64,000 nt of DNA from Eledone cirrhosa (Eukaryota). This document shows, one piece after another, positions 36,711 through 50,066 of this stretch. The number at the start of each line of letters is the position of its first letter. The first letter of the stretch is position 1. Where the stretch lies: positions 347,758,001 through 347,822,000 of the forward strand of contig OZ024740.1 of the NCBI GenBank assembly GCA_964016885.1. The letters are read 5' to 3'. The translations under genes and the position numbers were made by a program. The notes beneath the pieces are model-generated. The model worked only from the letters and a program-made list of their open reading frames with translations, had not been told where the DNA came from and did not search any database.

Positions 36711-37619
36711 GAAAACATGAGATTGTAAAGCTAGAAGTTCATTGACAATTTTAAATATATGCACCAGATTGTATATATTATGTAATTTTTTTTTTTCAAT
36801 CATATTTAAATTATATCATTTCTCATCATTCTATGTCTTTTTTTATCTGTAAAAATATAAACAACAAAGGATTAATTCCTATTATCTTAAATAGTATCAT
36901 AAAATTTGGTATTTTTTAAACAAAACATTGCAGTGTTGTGTTTTCTTTCTTTGTGTGTGTTGATACACTTTAACTTTATCACGTATATGGTCAATTGGCT
37001 AAGAAATTTGCATTACAATCATGAGACAAAATAGTTTTAGCTTGAATGATCAGCCTGCCTAATGAAAGCCAACCTTGTGCTAAAGAACATCAACTTTTTC
37101 TTAAGTCACTCAAAAGACAGGGAGGCGATTTGCCTAGAGCTAGAGTAATCCCACAGAGGTAGTTGATCTATCTACCACAAGAAATCTCTCTCAACTCACA
37201 TGCTGTCTTAAACATAGATAATCTTTTAGGATTAGTCATCACTGGTATGTCTTTGACCATAGGCCTACTTGATGTGGATTAGGGCAACAGTAATAGGTAA
37301 GCTGACTCTAAGTATGTACTACTAGATGGTATCATTTGCTTTGCTTTACTTAGTTGCAATTCTCTGCTTTTTATATCCTTTTGATATCAAACTGGTCTTG
37401 TTTTTATATCTACCTTTTTCCGTGACCTCTAGATGATCTTCTTAACAAAAATACATACTTTATTCTAAGTGTAGTATAATGCTTCTGACATTTGTTGAAC
37501 CACTGTGCTGCTGGATATATTGTTTATGGGGGATATAAACACTTGTCACTGCAAGCATTATAGACATGTCAATATGATGTTTGTTGTAACTGCCACACAT
37601 ACACAGGAAAATTAAGCAT

Positions 37620-38165
37620 GGTAGGCTCCCTAGAAGTTGTTGACAGCTTTTGCTACCTAGAGAACTTAATCGTCAGTGGTGCAGGATGCTCTGAAAGTGT
37701 GATAGCCTGAGTAAGAACAGGCTAGAAGAAGATTAGGCCATTGATACTTCTGCTAATAACAAAGGGGAAAGGTGGATTGTATTATGCCTACATGTGAACT
37801 GCAATGCTGCATGACAGTGAGACATAGGCTTTGATTGCAGAAAACCTGAGAAGGTAAGAAAGAAATGAGGCTAGTATGTTTCGATGGATGCGCAATTTAG
37901 TGTGTATGAACGATGTGTTATAAGCAATCTGAGACAGATTGAATGCAGAGTGCAAGAGAGTAAACTGCTGATATGGATATGTGATGCATATGGAAGATGA
38001 CAGCAGTATAAATAAATGCAAAGAAATTTCAGTGGATGGGACTTGGTGAAGAGGGTGACCCAGGAATATATGGGATGAAGTATTGAGGACTGACCTTAAG
38101 ATGCTGAACCTTTCTCTGGAAATGACAAAGAACTATGAAGATTGGAGACATGCTGTAGTGCTGAA
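37620..38165 (+). mobile_element. Old, decayed RTE LINE fragment
   Basis: Nucleotide similarity to the YLG...SGG / LRWM / WYGHV / WDEV region of the younger copies. Confidence 0.6.
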
Positions 38166-38744
38166 GACTAACATGCCAGTCTAAAACTTGACCTGACCCA
38201 TCAACGTGCACCCACCTCACTATCATCCCTTAGTAAGTAAACCTGGTATGACGCAATCAACACTCCCCCTGCTTTCCACTCTCATGGCACCTCCATAAAC
38301 CACATCACTGTACACCCCCCATACTCAATCCAAGATCACCCCACTCTCCTAAATCTCAACGACTAAACTCTATCCAGGATCTCCACCCAGCGTCTCAGTC
38401 TTTTCGACACCCAGCCCAACAAACTACCCTGCATTTAGTAGCTATTCTCAGCACCACTGTATATCCCCATCTCTATTCTCTCCAGAATCACCTCCATGCC
38501 TCTAAATCCTAACACCCACACTCTATCCAGGTACACCAATTATCATTTCACTCTCTTCTAAATCCATACACTGACAAACGTTATAACCGTAATAGCTATT
38601 ATTGCAGTATGTCCGTATACTGACAGAGGTCTTCCTTCCCTCTCACCACACTTCACACTTTCAAATTCTTCCACACTTGGAACATAGCCATAATATACCC
38701 TAAAGCAGCAAACAACCACAGGAAACAAGTACCACCAATCTCTG

Positions 38745-39648
38745 GGAGGGCTCTGTAGAGACAGTAGACAGCTTCTGCTACCTAGGTGACCGAATTAGCA
38801 GCGGAGGTGGGTGTTCAGAAAGTACAATAACTAGGGTAAGAACGGGATGGAAGAAGTTCAGGGAACTACTACCACTGCTAGCTGCAAAAGGCTTCTCCCT
38901 CAAAATGAAAGGCAGACTGTATGATGCATGTATCCGAACAGCAATGTTACATGGTAGTGAGACCTGGGCGCTGAAGGTGGAAGACTTACGTAGATTAGAG
39001 AGAAACGAAGCCTGCATGCTCCGATGGATGTGTAATAGTAATATACGCGAACGACAAAGCATAAATGAATTGAGAGAGACTGAGCATAAGAGGAATCAAA
39101 TGCTGTGTGCAGGAGAGGCAGTTGCATTGGTATGGACATGTGATGCGTATGAAGGATAACAGCTACATAAAAAGGTGCAGAGCACTAGAGGTCGATGGAA
39201 ACAGCGGAGTGGGGAGACCCAAGATGACCTGGGATGAGGTGATAAAAGCCGACCTTACCCAATTACACCTCTCAAAGGCGATGACACACAACCGTGACCT
39301 CTGGCGTCACGCAGTAATACAGAGTACCCGACCTCCCATGGGTACAAGCTGAAGCATATAGACAATATGCCCCCACACCCTCCCACTGCAAGGTGGTCGT
39401 GGAGGTACCACGGCAAAAAAGCACCCAGCCCACACTGTAAAGTGGACGTGTAGGCGTCACGAAAAAGCACCCAGCACTCACTGTAAATGAGGTTGCTGTT
39501 AGGAAGGGCATCCAGCTGTAGAAATCAAGCCAAATCAGTTCCTGTATGAGAAGGCATGGTCAGCCGACCAGACACTGCCCACAACAGGACAACCCGTCTA
39601 ACCCATGCTAGCGTGGAAGAACGGATGTAAAACGGTAATGATGATGAT
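38745..39648 (+). mobile_element. RTE LINE 3' fragment with full 3'UTR and (GAT)n tail
   Basis: MKGRLYDACIRTAMLHGSETWAL, WYGHVMRMKD, GRPKMTWDEV; one frameshift near 39080. Confidence 0.9.
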
Positions 39649-41036
39649 GTCTGTAGAGTAAAGAAGGCTCTTCAGTTGAATCAATGTTTAACAACCTCTA
39701 TATTGCTGGTGCCATAAAGATTGCACCCAATATCCCCTAAAGGTGGTTGGTTATTGGAAAGGCAACCTGCTAAAGGAACCATGCCAAATGTTCAAGGAGA
39801 CCCTTTAGTTGTGTTGGAGGCATAACAACCTCTCTTGTGTTAGTAATCAACATGATAAATGCGCATAGTACACTCAGTAAAGTGGTTGGAGATAGGGAAG
39901 TCATCCAGCCATAGAAAACATGCCAAATAAAGGGTTGGAAGGATTCTTCAGCTGTGTCGAAGACATGACAATTCCCCTAGTGTTGATACCATGATAAAAT
40001 GCACTCAGTAGAGTACAAATCGTATGTCAAGCTCCAGGTCCACCTGAAGGTTAGTGGCTCCACTTGGATACTGACCAGTCTGCGATTACATGTCCAACTC
40101 TTACTAGGAAGAAAAACGCACCTATAATGTTTAGCATCTACTTTTTCCACACTTACATGTGTTAGACAAATTGTCGTGTTATGAGACAAGTCAGATCAGG
40201 TGAACATGTCTTGCTTATATGGATCTGTATTTTGGCTTGGTTTCTACAGTTGGGTGCTTTTCCTAATGCCAACCACATTACAGTGTCGACTAGGTGCTTT
40301 TTATTGTGGTACATTTAATGACCATCTAATTGGATGCTTTTTTGTTGTCATTAGCATAACAATTATATTTTGTTCTTTGTCTTGTGTCAGCTGCACGACC
40401 ACCTCACAGGGTAGACTTGCTACTTTTTTTCTTGTTTCCCCAGCACGATGAACTTATAGAATTGACTTTGTGCTTATTTCCCGTCACCAACAGGACCACT
40501 ATACAGGGTGATCTGGAAGCCTCTTGTATCACCAGCATGACCACATTACAGGGTGGACTGCGTGCTTTTGTTGTGGCACCAGATTATCATATAGGGTGGA
40601 CTTATTATTTTTGCTGTGGGAGAGCAGATGTGGAGTATATGTCCAATTTTCCATGCTTGTATGCATAGTTTGGTGCAAGTGAGGAAGGTGAGGGTTGGGG
40701 GAACGAGTATGCATGTTGGACATGGACGAAGTGAGTGGATATTTAGCTGATAAGCTGGGAAGGGTGAATAGAGCAGTGGCAGACAAGTGTCTGCTATATG
40801 TTTTTGTTTCATCCTGGCATATGGGAAATATCAAGAGATATCTACGTACAGCTTTAAATTACCATTTCTCATTCAGTTGAGGTGTTATGTTGCTCCGGGG
40901 TTTGATTGGTTGGTTGTGGGGAGATTAGAATAGAGAAGAAAAGGAATGAAATAGAGCTTTTTCTTTCCCTTTCACTTCTCTTCTCGATTCTATTCTCCCC
41001 ACAACCAAATATAGTGAGGGTAAGGATTATATATAT

Positions 41037-41520
41037 ATAATTAAATATTCAAAAAGACCAAGGGTTAGTATTATCATTATTTATTTATACATCTACGGTT
41101 GTTTCAATGCAACTAGAGTATTTCATCAATTGTGAAGAAGAAAAAAAAACAGATATCATTATAGATGCTCTACTCAAAGCTGTATCTCTTCAGGAAATTT
41201 AATAAAAGATAACAATAATTTGTTTAAAATCATAAGACAAATTATAAAGAATTATACAGATTCAGTGCAGATGTGTAAATAAATAAATGATAATAATAAT
41301 AATAATTGTTTCTACTTTTGGCACAAGACCAGCAATTACCAGTACATTACTGGTACTTTATTTTATCAACCCCGTAAGGATGAAAGGCAAAGTTGACCTC
41401 GGCGGGGTTTGAACTCATAATGGAAAGGGCCGTAACTCTATGCGTCAAAGCATGGTCTCCGACTCTCTACCGATACTGCCAATAATAGCAATCCTTGGTC
41501 TTATTGAATTTTGAATTATG
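41037..41520. repeat. Fold-back element with a decayed hammerhead-like core, right arm interrupted by a SINE A copy (about 41303-41482, -)
   Basis: The left arm ATTCAAAAAGACCAAGG...TTATTTATACATCT is mirrored by 41269-41300 plus 41481-41520. Confidence 0.6.
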
Positions 41521-41637
41521 AATGCTCTGCTAATATAACTGTTCGCTCCTGAAGAATGAAGGGTAAATGAGCTTAATTCATCTTACCAATGAAAATAGTG
41601 AACTATTACACTATAACCTCATATATTACTATATATA

Positions 41638-42665
41638 TATCATCCATTTTACATGTTCTTCCATGCTTGCATGGGTTGGATAAGTCCTCAACAAGCATTT
41701 ATCCATTCGCCGTGTTACTTTGTAATCTCTGTGAGTCTCAGCGATTTGAGGTCAGCTCTTACCACCTCTGCCCAGGTCTTTCTTGGTCTACCTCTACTGC
41801 AACTTCCTTCCACTGACATTTCCTGACACTTCATGTGTTGATCAACATTCATGCACATTACGTCGTCTGTACCAATACAGATTTCTCTCCTGCACGCCAC
41901 CTCAGATTCTCCTGAAACTCAGTTTCTCCCTCAGTTCAACGAAGCTCTCTGCCTTTCTCTCACATTTACATTGCACATACAATGGAGCATGGCTGCTTCA
42001 TTTCTCTCCAGTCTACGAATGTCATCTGCAGTCACTGCCTATGTTTCACTACCATGCAACATTGCACTTCACACCCGGGTGCCACACATTTATTGTTTTG
42101 TACATAGGGAGAAGCCTTTTTTTTGTCAACAATGGGAGTAGCTCTCTAAACTTCTTCCGTCCTATCTTTATTCTAGCTATTATGCTCTCAGAGCACCCTC
42201 CTCCACTGCTAATTATGTTACCTAGATAGCAGAAGCTATCAACCACTTCTATGGTCATTTCCTTAGACTGGAATAGGTTTATATCACTGACACTTTTTAC
42301 CTCGATTACTCTTATGCATCTTCTACATACAAAGTTTTTGTTTCCTATTAGTCTACTCGTCGTTATCCCACTACATCTCTTGTGTACCCAAGATTTACAT
42401 TGTGTACACTATATGGAGTTTATGCTTACTCCTATTCTACATATTAAGCAGGGCTACACCCCTGGAGAAATCAGGATCCTATGTTCTTTCCTACTCACTA
42501 GCATTTTAGTTTTGGCTAAATTTACTCTCAGACCCTTTGATTCCAAATTCCATTTCCACAAATAAAACTTATTTTCTAGTTCTTTTATGGATTCAGCTAT
42601 AAAGACTAAACCATCTGTATAGTGAAGTTACCATGGACAGCCAGTTTTAAACTCCTCTGTTGTGT
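41638..42665 (-). mobile_element. Decayed RTE LINE (RT C-terminal half)
   Basis: EEFKTGCPW, EVVDSFCYLGNIISSGGGCSESIIARI, GRPRKTWAEVVRADL. Confidence 0.85.
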
Positions 42666-43327
42666 CCTGGAGGACTATCACTACAACTTCTACTACAAAT
42701 GAACGAATCAACCTGACAATCTTTTACCAACCACCGCTAACACACACTCATGGACACGCATACATTCACACTAAAAACAAAAAACAAAAATATTTTGATA
42801 AAGCGATAATAGTTATGCAACTTCATTCTATTAGCATCGATATTGCATACACACTCTGCCGTCTATACCCAGAGGCTAATAGTTTGAAATTGCTTAATTG
42901 CTATCCATTAGTCAACACCCCAATAATATTTTTGTTTACACTTTGAAACGATCGTAAATGAATGGATGTTATAATTACAATGCGAAACGGCAAACATCTC
43001 TTTTGTATAGCAGAAGTGTATATATCTACATCGATGTTGGTTCTCTGGGTTTTTTTCCCCCCATATACACTAGATGTTGAAGTCTGTATTTTCGAGAGAT
43101 GGGATATCATATTTTTGTGTTTAATTCTGGCCTTTTGTTTTCTTTTTTTAAATGTATTTCCGGAAATGTTCGTTTTCCGACAGTATCTTAAAGAAAGAAA
43201 ATCGTGAATTTTCCCATCTTAAAGTTGCAAAATGTTCGCTGAATGACGTGATTTTGACAGAAAGGTCTTTAATTTGTTGTTTATGGACCCTCACTCTGTC
43301 ATATAGACCTGTTGGTGACACACACAC

Positions 43328-43376
<49 letters not shown>

Positions 43377-43382
<6 letters not shown>

Positions 43383-44047
43383 AAAATTAGTCCTTCATCA
43401 GTGATCTTCCAACTTTCATTGGTATTTCATCGCTTTAAAAATCATATACTTCTGGTTGGTGCGAGCAAGAACTAAATAAAGTTATTGGGACAAGTAAACT
43501 AGGGAGAAACGAGCGAGACATGTAAACAAACAACGATGGTATTGCAACGGAAACGCAGCACTCCATTTTTCTTATATTTATATTTTTTCCTCAGCTACGA
43601 TTGTCTGTTTCTTTCTTACTGCTTCCCCTCTCTCTGTATCTCTCACCTTCTTTTTACCCCCTCTGCCAGTCACACTCTCTCTCGGCTGGCCTCTTCCTCA
43701 CACTTCCACTCACTCACTCTCTGCTTCTCCCCCTCTCTCACTTCCTCCCGTTTGACCTGTGTGAACTCCTTTTCCCGCTCACATCTCACACATGTCGGAT
43801 GGTCTGTATCTTTCGTCCATGAATTCACCAAGCTTAAGCTTACAGATATCATGTACTTGTCTCTTCCTATCTTTCCGTTGCAATACCATCGTTGTTTGTT
43901 TACATGTCTCGCTCGTTTCACCCTATTTTACTTGTCCCAATAACTTTATTTAGTTATTGCACGCACCAACCAGAGGTATATGATTTTTAAAGCGATGAAA
44001 TACCAATGAAAGTTGGAAGATCACTGATGAAGGCTAATTTTTTTCAT
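43377..44047. mobile_element. ~670-bp element with ~175-bp terminal inverted repeats, inserted at a (TA)n array
   Basis: 43377-43553 is the reverse complement of 43873-44047 with few mismatches. Confidence 0.8.
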
Positions 44048-44395
44048 ATGTAACCCATACATGGATACAGAGACTTGAGTCTTTCCTCTTATTTTCGCTG
44101 TTCAATCCCCCCCCCCCTTTTTTTTGTTTTAGTTTTCATTGAAAATATTTTGTAATTTAATTTGTGTTTGTTGGAAAAAGTTTTTAAGAGAGGTTACTCT
44201 TGATTTCATCTCTTTCTTATTATCTCCCTTGCAACAATTGAAATCTGTGGCGACAATGCTTATACGATTGTGCTTAAAAACTTCGCTTTTCAAGCGCCGG
44301 ATTCGAGGTTTGATTCCATTGTATTTCACAATGGATGAATATTTTGAACTGCCGCAACATGTTGACGTGCACGTGCCTGAGGTTTATATCATATA

Positions 44396-45971
44396 CTAGC
44401 AGTAAAGCCCGGCGTTGCTCGGGGCTGCTCAGTAGCTGTGTTAAAGTTACAATGTTAAGTTCCTTTCTTGGCTTAAAAACTGTAGAGTCTACAGTGTAGA
44501 CTTTCATGTGGTACTTTTGATTAATATTCCCTCAACCAACAGTATGCCTTATGAAATTAAGAAAACATAACCATAACTCGAATGTTAAAACAAAAGAGAA
44601 TGTTGGGGATAAAAACTGCACTGGTAATCTATTAACAAAAATCAAAAATGTAAACACTGCAACACTTGTTTCAGAGAAAAACATCAGCGTAACCAAACTA
44701 TCAGTTATTTTGAAACAAAGAAATTGGATGGACATGAAAAACAAAAAAAAAATGCAATTTTATCGCCTATCACCTCTCTGCACGACTGTCTGTCTGCACA
44801 ACTTTATCGCCTATATCACTTCTCTGCACGACTCTCTGTCTGCACAACTTTATCGCCTATATCACCTCTCTGCAAGACTGCTGTCTGCACAACTTTATCT
44901 CCTATATCACTTCTCTGCACGACTGTCTGTCTGCATGCCTCCATCGTCTATCAGCCCGACTGTCTGTCTGCACAACTTTATCGCCTACATCACCTCTCTG
45001 CACGACTGTCTGTCTGCACAACTTTATCGCCTATAGCAGTAAAACCCGGCGTTGCTCAGGGCTGCTCAGTAGCTGTGTTAAAGTTACAATGTTAAGTTCC
45101 TTTCTTGGCTTAAAAACTGTAGAGTCTACAATGTAGACTTTCATGGGGTACTTTTGATTAATATTCCCTCAACCAACAGTATGCCTTATGAAATTAAGAA
45201 AATATAACCATAACCCGAATATTAAAACAAAAGAGGATGCTGGGGATAAAAACTGCACTGGTAATCTATTAACAAAAATCGAAAATGTAAACACTGCAGC
45301 ACTTGTCTCAGAGAAAAACATCAGCGTAACCAAACTATCAGTTATTTTGAAACAAAGAAATTGGATGAACATGAAACACACACAAAAAAAAAAAAAAATG
45401 CGTTATCTGTCTGTCGTTTGAAATCATTGCTTCTAAATGAAAATCTCACAAGGCTTTATTCGAGATTATATATATAGATCAATGCTTTTTTTACAAAATA
45501 TTTGCTTGTTTTACGGTGTATTCAAATAGGCTTGTTTTCAAGTAAAAATATTGTTTTAAAAGACTTTTTAATGGTAATGAAGCAAAATGGAAGCTTAATG
45601 TTGAAACTTCGAACTCATGAATTTTGCAGGTTAAAATTTTGCTGGTCCGAAAACTGTTCGCGTATTTTTGAACTTTTGCACGCGTCGTATATTCGTAACG
45701 TAAATAGATAGACAGAATGACGCCATAAAAGGAAAATAACTCGTCTCTCATCTCTATTTATACATTTGAACTGAAAAATCAATACATTACAAATTCTATT
45801 TTTGCACTTGGCGGGGTCGATTTGAAAATTGTTTTGACCGATGTCTCCGCCGGACCTTCATCTATAAGTGTAGCAATTTCACCGAAATTTGAACGTACGG
45901 TTTAGGAGGAGATGTGTGCCGAGCGTTTTAGTAGAGAGACAGACAGACAACCTCAGTTTTATATATATAGA
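44396..45971 (-). mobile_element. Composite non-autonomous Helitron
   Basis: On -: A|TCTATATATATAAAACTG ... CCCGAGCAACGCCGGG ... CTAG|T; ~360-nt 3' segment duplicated at offset 637; second 5'-like end at 45478. Confidence 0.78.
44758..45033. repeat. ~46-nt minisatellite, about 6 units, inside the Helitron
   Basis: Unit TTTATCGCCTATATCACCTCTCTGCACGACTGTCTGTCTGCACAAC. Confidence 0.9.
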
Positions 45972-46139
45972 TGTACGAAATGCGTATATATCTGTATGTA
46001 TGTATATATGTCTGTCTGTGTGTGTGTGTGTGGGGGGGGTGTTGAACAATTAAAACAAAGCAAAAGTCATAAACCCAAATCAAGGAAAGGAGTCCCCCCT
46101 CCGCTCACTGCCCAGGAAAATGTTCAAGGCAGACAGTTT

Positions 46140-48290
46140 CAGTTGAGGCTTGAAAATACAACCATTCCCATAGATCCCTCTCAAAAAATACTTTAGGAAA
46201 ATCTGAAAACTCCCATTCTGCAGACATCTGGGGAAGTCCGTGGATTCACTTCAAAGAAGAACAACGACTGGTTTGATGAAAGCAACCAGGAAGTTAACGT
46301 ATTGCTAGTGAAGAAGAGATCAATCCACCCGGCTCACTTAGCCCAGCCATCTTGTCCTGTAAAGAATGCTGCATTCCGCCTCATATGCAATAAACTCCCG
46401 CGTAAATTTGGAGAGATCCAAAACAAGTGGTGGCCCAAACTCTCTGAGAGAACTCAGCTTTACGCAGACACCGGACTCATCAGGGGTTAGTACGAAACCA
46501 TAATGGTGGTGTATGGCTCTACATATCAGGTCCAGAGTCCTTTGTGCTGTGCTGACGGCTAGGTGCTCCTCACAGAAAGAGCGTCCATCTTAAGCCATTA
46601 TTCAGAACATTTCCAGGCTCTCTTCAGCGGTAACCACACTGTTCAGAAATCAACAATTATCTGCATTCTCCCAACAACCAATAAAAGTGAAACTTGATGA
46701 AGATACCAACAAAGCCATAGAGGAGTGACAAAGCAACAGGAGTCGATGGAATTCCACCTGAGATTTGGAAGTATGGAGGCCCAGCATTACACGTGAAACT
46801 CCACAAGTGCTTCATATGTTACTGGGAGAAAGGCAATTTATCATCACCCTGTACAAAAAACAATGTGGAAAAGTCAGACTGATCAAATTACCGAGGGATT
46901 ATTCTGTTCTCTATCGCAGAAGAACACCTCCCAGGAGCCGCCAATATGACTTCAGATTCAACAGGAGCACCTCACACAATGCATTTTTTCTTAGGTAGCT
47001 CCAAGAGTAGTTCTGGGAGCAAAATAAAGGGCTGTATATGGCGTTCGTTGAATTGACTAAAACATTCGATAAGCAGAAAAGTAATGTGACAGATCATGGA
47101 ACGAGTCAATTGTCCCTCAAAGTTCCTGAACATGGTCATCCTGCTACATGAAGACCATTGTGGCCAAGTCAGACTTAGCAATGACCTCTCATCACTGGAG
47201 TAAAACAGGGTTGCGTCCTGTCACCATCCTCTTCAGCATGATGCTCAAGCAGGCCACAGCATATCTTGATGACGACTGAGTCTACATCAGATATCGTCTT
47301 GATGGCAACATGTTTAATCTTCATCGATTATAGCCCCACACGAAGACCCTGGAGTAACTGTCCCGAGGCTTCCACTTTGGTGAAGATGCTGCTGTTGTTA
47401 CTCACACAGAAAGAACCTTGCAGTTCATCACTTCCTGCCCAATTCTTTGGGCTGGAAGTCAGCTTAAAGAAACCGGAGATATTCCACCAGCCTGCACCCC
47501 AGGAAGATAACGCCCACCCCTCATATCCCCATTGTCGATACTGGACTGAAAACAGTCCATCGATATACCTACCTGGGATGCACCATGGCATCAGATGCCA
47601 AGATCGACAAGGACATCAGCAACATACTGGCAAAGGCGAGGAGTGCTTTTGGTAAACTGTACAAGAGCGTGTGGGATAATAATCTCCTGAAGAGGGTACC
47701 AAGATCAGTGTGTACAGAGCCATATCCCTTACCACCCTCCTAAATGGCTCAGAGTCATGGATCATTTATCGCCACCAGCCTCAACATCCACTGGATTGAC
47801 TTTGTCTCTAATGCTGAAGACCTTGAAGGGGCGGCGGTCAGCAACATCGTGACCATGCTGCTAAAGTCCCAACTACACTGGGAAGGGCACGTTTCTAGGA
47901 TGAAGGATCATCGCAGACCCAGAATCACGCTGTACAGCAAATTTTCCACTGGCCATCTCGACAGGGGCGCACCAAGGAAGCTTAATGATAACTGTTTGAA
48001 AAATTCCTTGGTGCCTGTCACATCAACAATCGCCGATGAGAACCGTGACACCAGGCGTCTCCATCAATCATGCTGTCTTTTTCGAACACACTTGCAAGGC
48101 CATCCCCGAGGACAAAAGGCACAGGGGAAAGAACTACAACACTAAGTCAGAACTACAACCCTGACTAGACCTTCAGCTACAGGCACTGCAACAGTGCCTA
48201 CCTGTCACACATTGGCCTGAACAACCATGAGTGCGCCTGCAGTTAACGTTGACCACCCCCTTCACAATCCTCATTCGCGACGCCAAGTCA
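46140..48290 (+). mobile_element. Heavily decayed RTE-BovB-like LINE
   Basis: Remnants NNDWFDE, GVDGIPPEIWK, GVKQGCVL, IRYRLDGNMFN, QLHWEGHVSRMKDHRRPR; many stops and frameshifts. Confidence 0.85.
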
Positions 48291-48939
48291 AGATATAAGA
48301 ACTATAAATAACATATAAATAACATAAGAATTATAAAAAAAATTGGTAATGTAAGCTACTGTGCTTCGGTTAAAGGAAGATAACTCCTTTGAAAATATTT
48401 TTAGCGTGTTGCTAAAGAAATCTTTAAATCTACAAACGGTGAATAATTTCACTGTTCTTTAAGTTTACGAAGGTGAAACAATTTAAAACCTATTTAAGCT
48501 AAATAACGATAATCACGTTTCAACTTTAGTGTCATCAACTTGATACACACATAATTTGTTTTATATATATGATTTTTCTATTGACACAAAGGGATGTTTT
48601 TAATGTAGAAAGATCTCTCAACCAGCAAAAAAGTAATTTCCCTCAACCTTATCCCTTCTTTGTGAACAATTCCACTGTTGTCGAAAAAATTGATAATCAT
48701 CGTTTTCGCGCTGGATCTGCTTATGTGTGCTTTCTTCGAAAGGGGAGAATTTTTTGTGTGCTACAGGTCACTTTATTCTTTTGTCGCTAGATCGTATTCG
48801 AACCCCCATGATTCATCCCTGCTATTAAATATCCAGACACATTTCCAACCGGTTCTATTTTTGCTCTCCAGACTAGTATTTGGGTATAGCTTTGCATATT
48901 TTTCGTATGTGCAAATGGTCTGTTAAAATTCTGTGAATT

Positions 48940-49290
48940 GCATTTTGATCCAAACCCGTTTATTCTGCAATCTTCCTAACACTTAATCGGCGATCGTTCG
49001 CCTTCACCGCTCGCGCCATTTCCACATCCGTTCTTTGTTGACGAGATTGTCCTTTCAGAACGAGGTTGGTCTTCAGCATGTTCTCAGCCCCCTTTGAAAT
49101 CGTTATGTCATTTAAAAACCTTACTTCTCGAGAGATTGGCATCCCCATACACTTGTATTAAAATTGAATGTTTCGGTAGCAGATTTGTTGAGTTTCACAC
49201 AAATTGTGATCGCATAACATTGTTCGAATTTGTCCTGTATCACAAACATAGCAAAGCTTATAAACATGTCTAATAAACAGCAATAACTCC
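48940..49290 (-). mobile_element. Decayed mariner-like transposase N-terminal fragment
   Basis: QCYAITICVKLNKSATETF and NDRRLSVRKIAE HTH-type motifs. Confidence 0.6.
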
Positions 49291-49828
49291 AGATAGACTC
49301 AATCGATCATGTTGAAACAAGTACGTCAGAGTAGCCAAAGGCATAACCAACACCCTTATATACATCAACGTGGGGCTGCATTACAATGTCGTACAAAGGA
49401 AACTAGTAATTTTACTTTTGAGACAAACCTCTTGGTCCTTTGTTGGTCGAGAATTAATACAAAATGCAAATTTTACGGAGGAACAGAACGAAATAGCAGC
49501 AAATGTATTCAGAATTATTTTTTAAAAAATGCGTTGAATGATTAGAGTTCTCATCAATAGAACAAACTGAAGAGTCAGTTGACGAATATTTAGTTAGACC
49601 GAAATCAAAAGATGTGACCGCGGCACAAGCAAGGAGGAAATAATCTTTGAACAAATAATAAACGGACAGAAATAGACAGACGAAAAAAGAAATTTTATAA
49701 AGAAACTCAATTTTATACTAGAGGTAGCTACTGAAAGCATAAGAACATAAGAAGCTACTATAAAAACAGTACACGTTACAATCATGCCAGTGAAAATAAA
49801 AACAGGTACATACAGTAACAGTGAAAAA

Positions 49829-50066
49829 TGCCAGACAATGTGGATGACGTGGGAACATTCACGGAAAAAATAAAGAAGACTAAAAACAAAATGTGTTTTC
49901 GCTCTAACATGGTGGATACGTAAATATATTCCTGAGTGAATAATAATAATAATATTCACTCAGGAATATATTTACCTATCCACCATGTTAGAGCGAAAAC
50001 ACATTTTGTTTTTAGTCTTCTTTATTTTTTCCGTGAACGTTCCCACGTCATCCACATTGTCTGGCA
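49829..50066. repeat. Near-perfect palindrome, ~114-bp arms around a (TAA)n loop
   Basis: 49829-49942 versus 49953-50066; about two mismatches seen. Confidence 0.93.

Noticed and set aside
44758-45033. Regularly spaced repeats suggesting a CRISPR array
   Set aside because: Head-to-tail minisatellite with no unique spacers, no cas genes, eukaryotic context.
44551-45421. Duplicated ORFs MKLRKHNHN/MKLRKYNHN
   Set aside because: They arise from the duplicated Helitron block and minisatellite; no recognisable domain.
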